From a virus (lineage: Duplodnaviria; Caudoviricetes): 61,030 nucleotides of DNA. Location of the stretch: positions 1 through 61,030 of IMG/VR virus record IMGVR_UViG_3300025849_000037; one strand, 5' to 3'. The notes under the pieces were generated by a model that saw only the letters and a program-made list of their open reading frames with translations, did no database searches and was not told the origin of the DNA. Of the stretch, positions 7,458 to 15,979 are shown piece by piece. The translations under genes and the position numbers were made by a program. Each line of letters opens with the position of its first letter. Position 1 is the stretch's first letter.

Positions 7458-7829
7458 ATGACAGACTTAATTGGATTGTATGGAATCGTGGTAGACCCTA
7501 TTGAGGGAGTATCAATTAGACACTTGCCGAATGGTCGTGCTAGTCTAAACGAATTGTATTCTATTATCGACTGCGACTATGTTGAGCTATCAGTTCTTAC
7601 TGATGAGCTAGACCTATTTGTAGACGAGGAAGGATTGGTTAACGGGGCTGCACAGCGTGTAGGCTGTTTCCAAGTTCAAGATGCAGATGGCGAGAGACTA
7701 GGGCAGGTCATGTATGCAGGACGTGGTGTAATACTACAGAATGCTGAGGATGACAGCGTAGGATTCACTAGGCAGAGAGCCACGGCAATAGTAGAATCTT
7801 TAACATTTCAAGGCATGGCCGTCTTGTAA
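7458..7829 (+). CDS. DUF3846-like protein
   Basis: LY..IDCDYVE and LFVDEEGL motifs. Confidence 0.7.
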   Translation: MTDLIGLYGIVVDPIEGVSIRHLPNGRASLNELYSIIDCDYVELSVLTDELDLFVDEEGLVNGAAQRVGCFQVQDADGERLGQVMYAGRGVILQNAEDDSVGFTRQRATAIVESLTFQGMAVL

Positions 7830-7876
7830 ATCCTGCCGCCACTTTGTATATTAGTAGTAACCAACAACAACAACAT

Positions 7877-8473
7877 ATGAGTAAATTAAATTCAGCACTC
7901 ATCGCAGTGCAATCCCAACTGAAAGCGCCAAAGAATCAGCGCAACAACTTCGGCAAGTACAACTATCGTAGTGCCGAGGATATCCTAGAGGCTGTCAAGC
8001 CTTTACTATCTGCTAACGGACTATCAATGACAATCAGCGACTCAGTAGAGGAACTAGGCGGCATGGTCGTAATCACATCTTCGGTTGTAGTTACGGATGG
8101 TACGGATTCAGTAACAGCATCTGCACAAGCAGGGGTTGACCCGAATCGCAAAGGTATGGACATCGCTCAGTCTTTCGGCTCATCTAGTTCTTACGCTCGT
8201 AAGTACGCAATGAACGGCATGTTCCTAATCGACGATACCAAGGATGCTGACGCTACCAACACACATGGTAACAACTCAGCAATTAAATCCACACCTGCGC
8301 CTCGTGCTACATCAGCACCGAGTGCAGCAAAGGACAGCGATTGGTTCAGCAAGTCTATCGACTACATCAAGTCTGCTAGCGACAAAGGTCAAGCATACGA
8401 GATGGTAATCAGTAAGTACGGCACGTCTGCGTCCGAGAAGCAGATTGCAGCACTTCAAAAGTTCTTAGGTTAA
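7877..8473 (+). CDS. erf: ERF-family single-strand annealing protein
   Basis: LKAPKNQRNNFGKYNYRSAEDILEAVKP and QSFGSSSSYARKYA..DDTKDAD motifs. Confidence 0.9.
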   Translation: MSKLNSALIAVQSQLKAPKNQRNNFGKYNYRSAEDILEAVKPLLSANGLSMTISDSVEELGGMVVITSSVVVTDGTDSVTASAQAGVDPNRKGMDIAQSFGSSSSYARKYAMNGMFLIDDTKDADATNTHGNNSAIKSTPAPRATSAPSAAKDSDWFSKSIDYIKSASDKGQAYEMVISKYGTSASEKQIAALQKFLG

Positions 8474-9273
8474 TGCAGTTTGCATCTGCACTACAAGAGA
8501 AAACGGGGAAGGGGTACGTAAGTGCCTCTTCTCTTAAATATGCAGTACCTACTTCCAAAGACTTCGACATGATGGCTTGGGAACTGAACATGAAAGGTGA
8601 ACTCAAGAAGACGGGTAAGCACTTCACGTTTGGTGGTCTGTATGACATGCTCTTACTTGAGCCCGATAATGTTTGGGACAAGTATATCGTTCTAAAGGAC
8701 GAAGAGATTTGCGCTGAGATTGGCGGTAAGAACCCACGTGCTACGAAAAGGTACAAAGAGTGGGCAGCCGAGCAGCAAGGGGACAAGGAACTAATCTCAT
8801 GGGTAGAATACAATACAGCTAAGGTGATGGTCAAGAGACTACGCGACAGCGAGGTTGTAGACTACAGCACGGGTGAGGTTGTGAGTCTGTCTCAGTTCAT
8901 TCAAGGTGAGCCGCAGAAGGAGTTCAACTCTTGGATAGGAGATGTGCCCGTACGAGGCTTCCTAGACGTTCTAGGGGACGGATTCATTACTGATGTAAAG
9001 ACTACCCGTAGCATGAAGGCATTCAAGTACGATGTGTTCGATTTGAACTACGACTTGCAGGCTTACATCTACTGCGAGGTATTCAACATCAAAGACTTCT
9101 ATTGGTTGGCGCAAGTTAAGGACAAGCCTTATACATGTGCATTGATTAAAGCGTCCGAAGAAACTCTTGCGAGAGGCAAGGATAAGTTCGAGACTGCTGT
9201 TAGTAACATTGAGCAATGGTTAATTACAGAGCCCAAGGCAACTGAGACATTCGCTCTACAATACACTTTATAA
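8473..9273 (+). CDS. PD-(D/E)XK exonuclease, RecE/ExoVIII-like (DUF3799)
   Basis: SASSLK, RGFLD..DVKTT and YDLQAYIY motifs; adjacent to erf. Confidence 0.8.
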   Translation: MQFASALQEKTGKGYVSASSLKYAVPTSKDFDMMAWELNMKGELKKTGKHFTFGGLYDMLLLEPDNVWDKYIVLKDEEICAEIGGKNPRATKRYKEWAAEQQGDKELISWVEYNTAKVMVKRLRDSEVVDYSTGEVVSLSQFIQGEPQKEFNSWIGDVPVRGFLDVLGDGFITDVKTTRSMKAFKYDVFDLNYDLQAYIYCEVFNIKDFYWLAQVKDKPYTCALIKASEETLARGKDKFETAVSNIEQWLITEPKATETFALQYTL

Positions 9274-9641
9274 TGAACATGTACAGACTTCAATTAGCAA
9301 TGCGTTATATACGCAGATTATTCACGGGCACAAAAAGTTTTTCTAAGTCCGACTTGCAATTCATTGTTGAATCCGTTAATAGTATATACGGCATCGACTT
9401 ATCGTCACCACAACATGGACATAAGCAGGCTCAAGTTAAACAAGCGCTAGTAGCTTTCCTAGATGAGAGCGGTGAGTACAAGACAGACACAGAGATGACC
9501 AACGCACTAGTAAGTGCAGGTGTTGCATCAAGAGGCTTTAGCCGACGTAATGTCACTCACATGATTAATACTCTAGGAAAAGAGATTACAGACTTAAATG
9601 TCTATCGTGAGTTTAAGAAGAATGTTAATTCAGTACTTTAA
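9273..9641 (+). CDS. Hypothetical protein, possible helical DNA-binding domain
   Basis: TAATG coupling; weak resemblance to DnaA C-terminal-like proteins. Confidence 0.6.
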   Translation: MNMYRLQLAMRYIRRLFTGTKSFSKSDLQFIVESVNSIYGIDLSSPQHGHKQAQVKQALVAFLDESGEYKTDTEMTNALVSAGVASRGFSRRNVTHMINTLGKEITDLNVYREFKKNVNSVL

Positions 9642-9665
9642 TTTTAATTTAATAAATAATCAATT

Positions 9666-9980
9666 ATGAGTAACTATCAAAACAACAACCCACTAGTAGG
9701 ATTCGTTAATGCACCACGTGTAGAAATCCGTGTATCATTCACCGAGGCAGAGTTAAACGACATGCGTCAGTACTTAACGGGTAAAGACACTAAGCGTGTT
9801 TACTTGACAATCAAAACGGGCGAGAAGAAAGACAAGAGCGGTACATACCAAATCGCATCAGTCTATGACCCTAGCGCTAACCAACAAGGTTCGCAAGCGT
9901 CTCAGTCTTACGCTCAAAAGCAAGGCGCTCCTGCACCTAGCCAAGCTAACGCAACGGCAGGTGGAGATTTACCATTCTAA
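9666..9980 (+). CDS. Putative single-stranded DNA-binding protein
   Basis: Small beta-rich domain, Q/A/P-rich linker, C-terminal GDLPF. Confidence 0.7.
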   Translation: MSNYQNNNPLVGFVNAPRVEIRVSFTEAELNDMRQYLTGKDTKRVYLTIKTGEKKDKSGTYQIASVYDPSANQQGSQASQSYAQKQGAPAPSQANATAGGDLPF

Positions 9981-10013
9981 ATTAGGATATCTTAATTTAA
10001 TGTATTACATTTG

Positions 10014-10044
10014 TGCCCCTGCTAGAAATAGTGGGGGCATTTTT
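10014..10044 (+). terminator. Intrinsic terminator-like hairpin
   Basis: TGCCCCTGCTA-GAAA-TAGTGGGGGCA-TTTTT; TACATTTG lies just upstream (10006-10013). Confidence 0.6.
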
Positions 10045-10046
10045 AC

Positions 10047-10128
10047 GGGGGTGTATGGTGGGTGATACCTAAAACAATTGTGTAAGTCTTTGGGTGTTGC
10101 GGAAGTTCGACTCTTCCCTCCCTCACTA
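10047..10128 (+). ncRNA. tRNA-like element 6 with canonical T-loop (shaped like the tRNA-like domain of tmRNA)
   Basis: GGGGGTG/CTCCCTC (7 bp, one mismatch) stacked on GGAAG-TTCGACT-CTTCC; the same GTGTATGGT as element 5; ends ACTA. Confidence 0.7.
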
Positions 10129-10145
10129 ATTTAATTAAACAACAT

Positions 10146-10742
10146 ATGAAAAATCTAATCTTAGGTGCTGCTGCGGCAGCCCTGCTCGCTTGTGAGCCAA
10201 TAGAAATCAATACTACTGACGCAATCTGTTTACGCTACGAGGCATGGACTAACAACGTCGAGGTAGCATCGGGCGAAATCAACGCTATTACACTCAGTCA
10301 AAAGAATAGTCTAGTAGACAGCATTGGTGTTCACTATAACGCTGATTCTGTTTGGGCTGAAACATTCTTCTGCATCGAGGAACAAGGCTTACCTACTGAG
10401 GGTGAGGTTTGGTACAGCGTCACACTCAAGGATGTTCAGTATTCGGGATGGGCAGGCGGTTGGGATGGCGACACGTGCATCGAAGACCTTTGCTTATTCG
10501 CATTCGACAATGGAGTTATGACTACGTTAGATACGGGGATGTATATTATAGACTTCCCAATCCTAGGTAACCAATGGACGGGGAACATTCAGTTCGCAAT
10601 TCAAAACAACATCGACTCTCTTGTCATCGGCGGCGAGGCTTGGGGATACGATAAGATTGGCGGTAAACACACGCTCAACAGACTCACAGACTACCACGGC
10701 ATGGGTAGTCAAGTAACAACTCTAATCCTTACAGAACTATGA
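10146..10742 (+). CDS. Lipoprotein (possible superinfection exclusion)
   Basis: Signal peptide II MKNLILGAAAAALLA-C, with acidic residues after the Cys. Confidence 0.75.
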   Translation: MKNLILGAAAAALLACEPIEINTTDAICLRYEAWTNNVEVASGEINAITLSQKNSLVDSIGVHYNADSVWAETFFCIEEQGLPTEGEVWYSVTLKDVQYSGWAGGWDGDTCIEDLCLFAFDNGVMTTLDTGMYIIDFPILGNQWTGNIQFAIQNNIDSLVIGGEAWGYDKIGGKHTLNRLTDYHGMGSQVTTLILTEL

Positions 10743-11089
10743 TAACAGATAAAGCACTTACACAAGTCCTTGCTATGCATTTGTATAGCGAGGGTATGGG
10801 CGAGGTTTCCGACATTACGGAGACTACGTTTTGGATTGAGGGGCAGCGCAAGAACAAGGTTGAGGTTCACTCGGCTATGCTTGGAAACAAGATTGACTTC
10901 AGCGCCTGCTGCTTATGTTGCGACTTCGTTCTGCTCAGTCTGTTAGACAAGACGGGCGACAATGTGATTCTGTTGCCTACTGATAAACTCAAGGCCGTTA
11001 TGACAGACAACAACGTATCTCTAGTAGATATGGCTGAGTTCATAATCTATCGTTGGGCTGTAGAGTTCCTACCTGCTAGTGTCGCTTAA
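10739..11089 (+). CDS. Hypothetical protein (116 aa)
   Basis: ATGA coupling. Confidence 0.7.
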   Translation: MITDKALTQVLAMHLYSEGMGEVSDITETTFWIEGQRKNKVEVHSAMLGNKIDFSACCLCCDFVLLSLLDKTGDNVILLPTDKLKAVMTDNNVSLVDMAEFIIYRWAVEFLPASVA

Positions 11090-11303
11090 CCTAGAGGCTG
11101 CTACAGACTTGTTAATCTTTAAGGCTCTCATACATTCCGAGACGCAAAAAGATGCAGCCAAGGCACTAGGTATGACACCAAGGAATCTACAACTAATCAA
11201 GAAGAAAAAACCTTTAATATGGACAAGCGCACAATATACTCGTACGTTATTGAAGTCAAATACAAAAAGGGTAAAGCATTCGTCAACAAGCAAATGTCAA
11301 TAG
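11079..11303 (+). CDS. Small HTH protein (Fis-like)
   Basis: TQKDAAKALGMTPRNL helix-turn-helix pattern; GTG start. Confidence 0.55.
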   Translation: MSLNLEAATDLLIFKALIHSETQKDAAKALGMTPRNLQLIKKKKPLIWTSAQYTRTLLKSNTKRVKHSSTSKCQ

Positions 11304-11494
11304 TCTCGGTGGCTAAGACAGCCATGGAGATGAACAACATACCACGAGTAGTACGGGCTCTTCAAGCGGAGATATTCGGACATAAGTCTGCGGCCTACAA
11401 GAGTAACGCTAAGAACTTATGGGTCACTAAGATAATATCTAGTATAGAGGTCGGTAAATCTTTTTACTACACGGACGAAAATTATAAATTATGA
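11219..11494 (+). CDS. Hypothetical protein (91 aa)
   Basis: ATG start; ATGA-coupled to the next gene. Confidence 0.65.
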   Translation: MDKRTIYSYVIEVKYKKGKAFVNKQMSIVSVAKTAMEMNNIPRVVRALQAEIFGHKSAAYKSNAKNLWVTKIISSIEVGKSFYYTDENYKL

Positions 11495-12204
11495 TTCTAA
11501 CTAAGAATAGAATGGTGGAGTTCTTTCCATCGGACAATCGCTACCTGCATTACGTTGCTCGAAAGAACGGTCTGTTCTTCATCAACGATGACGATGTGGA
11601 GTCTGCGAGGTTCTTTGCTATCGAGGCTGTTATGCGGCTAGTCAGTAAGGAAGTAGAGTACGAGGACGAGAAGCACTTGCAGAGCGTAGTGCAGATGAAT
11701 GTCCTGCGTGCTATCTATCGCATGATAGAATGGAATAGCGCTAAGAAAAACTCACAAGACATACGCAGCGAGTCTGAGTTCATCGGAAGTGATGATGACG
11801 GATTCTCTACGTATATCGAGTTAGCTGAGTCGGATGACAAACCATACGACAACACAATGGCTATCATCGAGGAGTACGCTCAAGAGGTGCTAGACGATAT
11901 CGGCTATGCCGTTTACAAAATGACTTTATCCGACGTTGCAAGAAAGGATATGGCTGAGACATTGGGTATATCGCCCGAAGCTATTCGCCAAAGACAAAAG
12001 AGCAACGTTAAAAAACTAAAACTAAAATACGACAGAGATGAGAATGACAAAGAAAGTTTTCGAGAGAATCGTAGAAAGATACGTGACAGAATACGACGTA
12101 AACCCATTGCAGAAAACAAGGCAACGGAACGTGCTAGTGCCGAGGCAAACGCTTTTCTACATACTCAATACGAAATTCCATATTCACTTCCAAACATTGA
12201 GTGA
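11491..12204 (+). CDS. Sigma-70/ECF-like transcription factor
   Basis: Region-2-like N-terminal half (DDVES..AIEAV..L) and region-4 HTH KDMAETLGISPEAIRQR..KKLK. Confidence 0.7.
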   Translation: MILTKNRMVEFFPSDNRYLHYVARKNGLFFINDDDVESARFFAIEAVMRLVSKEVEYEDEKHLQSVVQMNVLRAIYRMIEWNSAKKNSQDIRSESEFIGSDDDGFSTYIELAESDDKPYDNTMAIIEEYAQEVLDDIGYAVYKMTLSDVARKDMAETLGISPEAIRQRQKSNVKKLKLKYDRDENDKESFRENRRKIRDRIRRKPIAENKATERASAEANAFLHTQYEIPYSLPNIE

Positions 12205-12478
12205 TTGGACGGGTTGGGATAGAAGCATTGGCTACCACAGCGTTGAGCAGGTCAACAACGGGCTAGATATTAAGTCTGCAGAGTACACCGATGAGATTAA
12301 CAAGTGGGCATTAGTCTTCACTGCCTTAGACGGAATCATCAAGGTCAAGGCTCAAATCAAAGAGGATGAGGCTGTCAGTGCTGAGGCTAGTATAATTAAG
12401 TTTCTAACCAAGTTTGACACAACCACATCACTTGATATATTATATAACGTAGTAAACACATTGCGCAATGACAGATAA
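12038..12478 (+). CDS. DnaA C-terminal-like HTH protein
   Basis: KTRQRNVLVPRQTLFYIL..LSDWTGWDRS..YHSV pattern. Confidence 0.6.
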   Translation: MRMTKKVFERIVERYVTEYDVNPLQKTRQRNVLVPRQTLFYILNTKFHIHFQTLSDWTGWDRSIGYHSVEQVNNGLDIKSAEYTDEINKWALVFTALDGIIKVKAQIKEDEAVSAEASIIKFLTKFDTTTSLDILYNVVNTLRNDR

Positions 12479-12944
12479 AGAAAGAAAAGCAACCAAGATA
12501 TTTCAAGGTGTGCTCATGTACTTTCCAAATGCTTTGTCCGAGGTTGCACGATGCAGCGCTCGCAGTAACGCACAGCACAACGGAGAGGATGCACCACTCT
12601 ATTGGGACATGGACAAGTCTAAGGATGAGTTAGGCAGTCTAACGCGTCACCTAGTAGACTTAGCTTCGGGAGAGGAATACGATGAGGACGGCACGCTAAA
12701 CATTGCAAAGATTGCATGGCGAGCCCTTGGCGCACTAGAGCGTCACCTAACGGGCGATGAGTCCTTTGAGAATGAAAACTTTTATAAAGAATTAAAACAA
12801 CCACAACATGGCGAAGAAAGAACCGAGAGTAACGATGTTTCAGTCAGTGTTCAAGACGGACAAGCCGTATCATATAACCCTTACGACTGCGCTACAACGC
12901 ATAGCGGAGGGGTCATCCAAGGATACGATTCAAGCCGTACGTGA
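12468..12944 (+). CDS. dATP/dGTP diphosphohydrolase-like protein (DUF5664)
   Basis: GVL.YFPNAL.EVA..S..SN.QHN...L.WD..KS.D....L.RHL...IAWRAL..L pattern. Confidence 0.75.
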   Translation: MTDKERKATKIFQGVLMYFPNALSEVARCSARSNAQHNGEDAPLYWDMDKSKDELGSLTRHLVDLASGEEYDEDGTLNIAKIAWRALGALERHLTGDESFENENFYKELKQPQHGEERTESNDVSVSVQDGQAVSYNPYDCATTHSGGVIQGYDSSRT

Positions 12945-14640
12945 TGGAGACAAGAAAGCTAAGACTCAGCTACCCGTAGTATTATTTTCGGGAGAGTTTA
13001 CTGCTCGTGAAGATGACCAACTCATCTCTCACAGCGGACTGATTGTCCTAGACTTCGACCACATTGATGTAGAGGCTTACAAGAACATCCTCTGTACTGA
13101 TGACCACATCCTAGCTTGTTGGATATCGCCTAGTGGTGATGGCCTAAAAGCTTTAGTTCGTATCAGCAACCCCGAGCGCCACAGAGACCACTTCCGTGCG
13201 CTCATCGCTTACTTCGACAAGCAGTACAACTTGGAACTCGACCAATCGGGTGCTAACGAGTCTCGTGCATGTTTCGAATCTTATGACGAGCACATATGCA
13301 TCAAGGAAGACGCAACTACCTTTGGCGGTATGCTTTCCGATGAGGGTGCTAAGCGTAACGAGAATGCGCCTCTACTAGAGGGGAACTTTACAGACTACCA
13401 AAAACTCAACGTTGCAGCACGTATGATTCGTACTGCTCAAGACGGGGAGAAGCATGCGACATTGCTCAAGGCAGCTATCCTTTGTGGTGGTTACATTGGC
13501 GCAGGACGTATGGAAGAGTCCGAGGTTCTTAGAGTATTAGAGCGTGAGATTGAGAAGCACGACGTAGACTCATTGGATACGGCACGTAATACTATCCGTG
13601 ATGGTATCGAGCAGGGTAAGCTGTTGCCTATCCGTGAGGTCATGGATGTGGAGAACGAAATCAAGCGGGACGAGTTAATCGAGACTACAGACATGTCGTT
13701 TGTATCTAGTGATGACGAGGACATGGCTTGGATTAACGCTCTTGCAGAAGGCAAGCTAGAACTAGGACTCACTACGGGTAACGCTAGACTAGACGAGCAC
13801 TTCTTATACAAGAAAGAGTTCTTCATCTTCAATGGTCACTCAAACGTAGGTAAGACTACGATGGCTTTGTACATGATGGTAAACGCTTCCATGCGTCATG
13901 ATTGGAAGTGGCTAATCTATTCCGCAGAGAATAAGACAGCATCTATCAAGGCTAAGCTAATGTCTTTCGCAGGCAACAAGCCGTTGAACAAGATGTCTTA
14001 CCATGAGCGTAAGTTCTTGTACGAGTGGGTCAACAAACACTTCGTAGTAGTTAGCAACAAGCAAGTCTACACGTACTACGACTTGATTATCTTTGCTGAG
14101 AAGATGATAAAGAATGGCGGCATAGACGCTTTCTTCATTGACCCTTACAACTCGTTGAAGATTGACTTGAGTGGCCGTAGCCAAATCGGTGTTCACCAAT
14201 ACCACTACGAGGCAGCTAGTGAGTTCCTAACGTTTGCTAACAAGCATAACATTGCGTTATGGCTAAACACTCACGCTGTTACAGAGGCCCAAAGACGCAA
14301 AGGTTCGGACGGATTACCCGTTGCGCCTTTCGCTGAGGATACTGAAGGCGGTGGTCTTTTCGTGAATCGCGCAGATGCGTTCGCTACATTTCACAGAAAA
14401 ATTCAGCATCCCGAGCCTGCAATGCGTAGAACAATGGAGTTCCACGTTCGTAAGGTTCGTGAAGTAGAGACGGGTGGTAAGCCTACGGGTTTCCTAGAGC
14501 CGTTGTGTTTCGAACTCAATAGTTCTATGACAGCGTTCTCTATCGGTGGAAAGCCTTTGTTTGATGACTTGTTCACTATGCAGCAAGGTACACAGACTGA
14601 GGCTGTTATCCCTCAAGGTGACTTGCAGAACGTATTCTAA
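12808..14640 (+). CDS. Primase-helicase (BT4734/VirE-N-type primase fused to a DnaB-like helicase)
   Basis: HSGLIVLDFDH, WISPSGDGLKAL, SRACFESYD; Walker A GHSNVGKT, FFIDPYN. Confidence 0.85.
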   Translation: MAKKEPRVTMFQSVFKTDKPYHITLTTALQRIAEGSSKDTIQAVRDGDKKAKTQLPVVLFSGEFTAREDDQLISHSGLIVLDFDHIDVEAYKNILCTDDHILACWISPSGDGLKALVRISNPERHRDHFRALIAYFDKQYNLELDQSGANESRACFESYDEHICIKEDATTFGGMLSDEGAKRNENAPLLEGNFTDYQKLNVAARMIRTAQDGEKHATLLKAAILCGGYIGAGRMEESEVLRVLEREIEKHDVDSLDTARNTIRDGIEQGKLLPIREVMDVENEIKRDELIETTDMSFVSSDDEDMAWINALAEGKLELGLTTGNARLDEHFLYKKEFFIFNGHSNVGKTTMALYMMVNASMRHDWKWLIYSAENKTASIKAKLMSFAGNKPLNKMSYHERKFLYEWVNKHFVVVSNKQVYTYYDLIIFAEKMIKNGGIDAFFIDPYNSLKIDLSGRSQIGVHQYHYEAASEFLTFANKHNIALWLNTHAVTEAQRRKGSDGLPVAPFAEDTEGGGLFVNRADAFATFHRKIQHPEPAMRRTMEFHVRKVREVETGGKPTGFLEPLCFELNSSMTAFSIGGKPLFDDLFTMQQGTQTEAVIPQGDLQNVF

Positions 14641-14657
14641 TCTTGTATATTTAGATT

Positions 14658-15137
14658 ATGAGAAAGTTCACAAGAAAAAAGAAGACGGGTGCGGTTAAGT
14701 CTAAGAAGAAAGTCATAGACGGAATCACATTCGCTTCGAGCCTTGAAGCCTACTGCTACACTAAGCTAAAGGAAAATAATATAGACTTTGAATACGAGGG
14801 CGAATCATTCGTGGTTCTACCCTCGTTCAAGTATCTAGGACGTTACCTTGCATCTTCGCCTAAGAAGAAAGAGTTAACAGACAAGACGGGTAAGGCTGTT
14901 CGTGCTATCACGTATACCCCCGACTTCGTCAGCCATGATAACAAGTTTATAATAGAGACCAAGGGCTTTGTACCTAGCAATCACTCGTTTCCACTTCGTT
15001 GGAAATTGTTCCTAGCATACCTAAATGATAACGGCATGCAGGATTACCAAGTATTCTTACCTAAAAATCAAGGTCAAGTAGATGACCTAATCAAAATCCT
15101 AACAGAAGATGGAAGACAATCCGATTTATTTGAATAA
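14658..15137 (+). CDS. Endonuclease I-like / DUF1064 PD-(D/E)XK nuclease (possible resolvase)
   Basis: DGITFASSLE, YTPDF and IIETKG motifs. Confidence 0.75.
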   Translation: MRKFTRKKKTGAVKSKKKVIDGITFASSLEAYCYTKLKENNIDFEYEGESFVVLPSFKYLGRYLASSPKKKELTDKTGKAVRAITYTPDFVSHDNKFIIETKGFVPSNHSFPLRWKLFLAYLNDNGMQDYQVFLPKNQGQVDDLIKILTEDGRQSDLFE

Positions 15138-15330
15138 GCAAGAGGTGTTCGAGTTCCAAAAGAAAACGATATCTCGTATTGCAGACTATGTGTACGACCT
15201 AGAAGACACTCTTGCTGAATTGGGCACAGACTTAGCAGCAACCAAGAAGGAAGCCGCATGGCTTCGTAAGGCAATCGAGGTAGAACTCGAAGGTATTGTA
15301 GCAATTGTAGAAGAGTTTCACGGATTGTAA
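15109..15330 (+). CDS. Hypothetical coiled-coil protein (73 aa)
   Basis: ORF in the gene chain. Confidence 0.65.
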   Translation: MEDNPIYLNKQEVFEFQKKTISRIADYVYDLEDTLAELGTDLAATKKEAAWLRKAIEVELEGIVAIVEEFHGL

Positions 15331-15509
15331 TGGAGACAATACTTAAAATACTAACGGGTGTGTGGCTGTTTATGGCCTACACCTATATGGCTACGTACTA
15401 CACAGCCTTGATGAGAGAAGATAATAGAACTGACGCGCAGCAAAACCTTGTACATATTGTGGTTTTGTCGTGGTTCTTTATCTCAATATATTGGTTGATT
15501 AAATTTTAG
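15330..15509 (+). CDS. Small 2-TM membrane protein (59 aa)
   Basis: Read by hand: METILKILTGVWLFMAYTY...; TAATG coupling. Confidence 0.6.
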   Translation: METILKILTGVWLFMAYTYMATYYTALMREDNRTDAQQNLVHIVVLSWFFISIYWLIKF

Positions 15510-15514
15510 AAACT

Positions 15515-15952
15515 ATGGCTAAGCGATTCGAAAGACCCGAGGATATTGCCCGTGAAATAAAAGCGGTCAACCTATTTATATCGGGTAGAGGAGACTTGTC
15601 TCACAACAAACTCAGTCCGCACGAGATTGACTTCAGTATCCGAAAGGATGGAGCAGACGTTGCGTACATCGAGGTAAAGGGAGTGAAGAAAGTTAAGTCT
15701 GTCTTCGATGAGCATGTACCCGTAGTAGCAATAAAGAAACTAACATCATTGCAGAAGTACGTCAACGAAAAGAAGTGCCCTAACGTTTATATAGCGTGGG
15801 CATACAGCGACGGCATCAAGTACGCTAAGGTTACAGACTTGAAAGGCAGCATCCGTTGGGGTGGGCAGTTCAAGCCTCGTGCAGGCTCTGTCAACGACCA
15901 CGAACTCATGTTCGAGGATGAGGGCACAGCATTTACAATCAAAACTTACTAA
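15515..15952 (+). CDS. PD-(D/E)XK-fold nuclease-like protein
   Basis: IDF..........YIEVKG motif. Confidence 0.65.
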   Translation: MAKRFERPEDIAREIKAVNLFISGRGDLSHNKLSPHEIDFSIRKDGADVAYIEVKGVKKVKSVFDEHVPVVAIKKLTSLQKYVNEKKCPNVYIAWAYSDGIKYAKVTDLKGSIRWGGQFKPRAGSVNDHELMFEDEGTAFTIKTY

Positions 15953-15979
15953 TCTAATCCTATCTTAATTTAATCTATT

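Noticed and set aside
6364-10128. Canonical tRNA genes or a full tmRNA
   Set aside because: T-arms are present, but there is no D-stem, no 7-nt anticodon loop on a 5-bp stem, no CCA and no tag reading frame.
12468-12944. 2-aminoadenine (Z) or 7-deazaguanine genome modification
   Set aside because: No PurZ, Que/Dpd enzymes or dedicated polymerase were recognised, and the strong site avoidance argues for unmodified DNA.
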